From the sequence record OZ035728.1: DNA of 64,000 nt. One strand, given 5' to 3'. A program made the translations under genes and the position numbers. The notes under the pieces were generated by a model. The model searched no databases and was not told where the DNA came from. It was given only the letters and a program-made list of their open reading frames with translations. Shown here piece by piece: positions 62,767-64,000 of the stretch (position 1 is the stretch's first letter; each line of letters starts with the position of its first letter). This DNA comes from Phapecoctavirus 536P1.

Positions 62767-63124
62767 TATTCCGTTGAGCAGTGCAACATTGCTTCGCTTC
62801 TATAAAGCATGGATTGCCAACTATCCTGCAATGAATCGCACAACGAGTGGCTTATGTGGTTGTCTGGTAGATTATGTAGATGATTTTGTTGGTGAGACAA
62901 CTAGAGAAGAAGATAGAAGATGGCGGGATAGTTTGTTGGACCGTTTGAAATATGAAATGAGGAAACAATTTACATGTGCAGGGCTGGACTATAATCTTCC
63001 GTTCAATGCAGATTGCATGGATTACCTTTCAGAGTGTATAAACTTGGCGTGTCATACCAACACGTTACGTCTTCAATGGGTGAAAGACAGAATTGAAGAT
63101 GCAAATAATGCTTGCATTGAATAA
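62756..63124 (+). CDS. hypothetical protein, paralogue of 62422..62766
   Basis: 122 aa; SD AGGAGAG; SSATLLRFYKAWIA...TTSGLCGCL. Confidence 0.6.
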   Translation: MTNSIPLSSATLLRFYKAWIANYPAMNRTTSGLCGCLVDYVDDFVGETTREEDRRWRDSLLDRLKYEMRKQFTCAGLDYNLPFNADCMDYLSECINLACHTNTLRLQWVKDRIEDANNACIE

Positions 63125-63173
63125 AAATGTCTGTATAGTGGATGACATAACAGATAGCCAATGAGGAGATGAA

Positions 63174-63383
63174 ATGAAGAATTTGAAAACTGTCACAATG
63201 TTCTTGACTGATCCTACACGTGTGCAAGCACTGGCTAAAGCCAGCCGTGTAGCTGTAGAATTCCAAAACTTTAAGCCGTCCGTTGTGACAGGCAGTGAAA
63301 CGTGTGTTATCGATTTCATTAACGAATACTTCCGAGGGAATCCGGTTAGTCGTTACTTCATTAAGGGTCTGAAGGATGCATAA
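63174..63383 (+). CDS. hypothetical small protein
   Basis: 69 aa; SD GAGGAG. Confidence 0.55.
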   Translation: MKNLKTVTMFLTDPTRVQALAKASRVAVEFQNFKPSVVTGSETCVIDFINEYFRGNPVSRYFIKGLKDA

Positions 63384-63384
63384 T

Positions 63385-63606
63385 ATGAAACGCATGAAAA
63401 TTCGTATTGAGAATGATGGTGGTTATAAAGGATTGGCACATGCAAAATTTCCACTTGTGTTGGAAGCTACGGTGGAATACAGTGGGCTTGCTCATGTGCG
63501 ATTCTCGAAGATGATGGAAGTGCAGGAATGGTTTTGGGACGAGATAGATGCACGAGAAGGAGAAGATTATGTTTTCTTTCCTCACGAATATAACATTGTC
63601 TATTAA
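63385..63606 (+). CDS. hypothetical small protein
   Basis: 73 aa from ATG after SD AAGGA. Confidence 0.5.
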   Translation: MKRMKIRIENDGGYKGLAHAKFPLVLEATVEYSGLAHVRFSKMMEVQEWFWDEIDAREGEDYVFFPHEYNIVY

Positions 63607-63618
63607 AGGTTGTGTGCA

Positions 63619-63858
63619 ATGATCACACCACAACAGAATGAAGCCGCAATGGATCTTCTTGATAGTTTGTATTTCGATAATTGGTACTCTGAATGTGAAT
63701 GGATGAATATGCAAACTCTGAAAGAGAAGACAAAAGCGTTGATTACAGTAGATCAATTTCTTGCAGAGACGGAAAGAATGAATTATGATATGGCATCTCG
63801 CGCACGACGCGTTTCCATTTTCAATAAAATGTTAGCATTATGGGGAGGTAGAAAATGA
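63619..63858 (+). CDS. hypothetical small protein
   Basis: 79 aa from internal ATG. Confidence 0.5.
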   Translation: MITPQQNEAAMDLLDSLYFDNWYSECEWMNMQTLKEKTKALITVDQFLAETERMNYDMASRARRVSIFNKMLALWGGRK

Positions 63859-64000
63859 GACAATTCACTATACTGGCAGCTTATGTGCAATGTGTTCACG
63901 ATTATGTTAGTGCTCATACAGGTTTGCTGGAAGTTACCAGTAAAATTGAAGGTAATATGGGTACTGTCTGTGTGCAACATACTTTATCCAATGTGCCGTT
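63855..64000 (+). CDS. hypothetical protein, 3' end beyond window
   Basis: ATGA overlap with upstream stop, SD GGGGAGG; ORF open to window end. Confidence 0.45.
   Translation, partial: MRQFTILAAYVQCVHDYVSAHTGLLEVTSKIEGNMGTVCVQHTLSNVP

Noticed and set aside
1-64000. Prophage or integrative element interpretation
   Set aside because: No integrase, recombinase, attachment-site repeats or flanking host genes are visible; gene content is that of a lytic phage genome.

Overview
This window reads as a segment of a virulent tailed dsDNA phage of an enterobacterial host; it is AT-rich, uses sigma70-like promoters and has no integrase. No tool was run: every call rests on ORF structure, Shine-Dalgarno context and motifs recognised by eye, and regulatory coordinates are approximate (+/-2 bp). 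Layout: (1) 1-7.1 kb, plus strand, three tail-fibre genes with intrinsic terminators. (2) 7.2-44.2 kb, one long minus-strand block: SSB, a minimal nucleotidyltransferase, family-A DNA polymerase interrupted by an intein, an adenine methyltransferase, T7-type primase-helicase, four glycosyltransferase-like genes, a cell-wall hydrolase, a Ter-like module (TerD, vWA, TelA-like, TerC) adjacent to a phosphoribosyltransferase/HAD/macro-domain trio, anaerobic ribonucleotide reductase nrdD split by an HNH-containing insertion, nrdG, a UvrD-like helicase and many small ORFs. (3) 44.3-50.0 kb, plus strand, early-type small genes including an AAA+ ATPase and a NADAR-domain protein. (4) 50.0-51.3 kb, a regulatory region with direct repeats, Fur-box-like palindromes and a GC-rich island. 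(5) 51.2-60.8 kb, about 18 tandem cassettes, each a TTGACA-N16/17-TAAGAT-type promoter followed by a GC stem-loop at the predicted transcript 5' end, a purine-rich leader and a small ORF; the same cassette drives terC on the opposite strand. (6) 60.8-62.4 kb, ORF-poor DNA with an A/C-rich tract, palindromes and more Fur-box-like sites. No rRNA, tRNA or CRISPR array was found. The two strongest candidates for undescribed biology are the phage-borne Ter-like/phosphoribosyl module and the promoter-hairpin cassette array.
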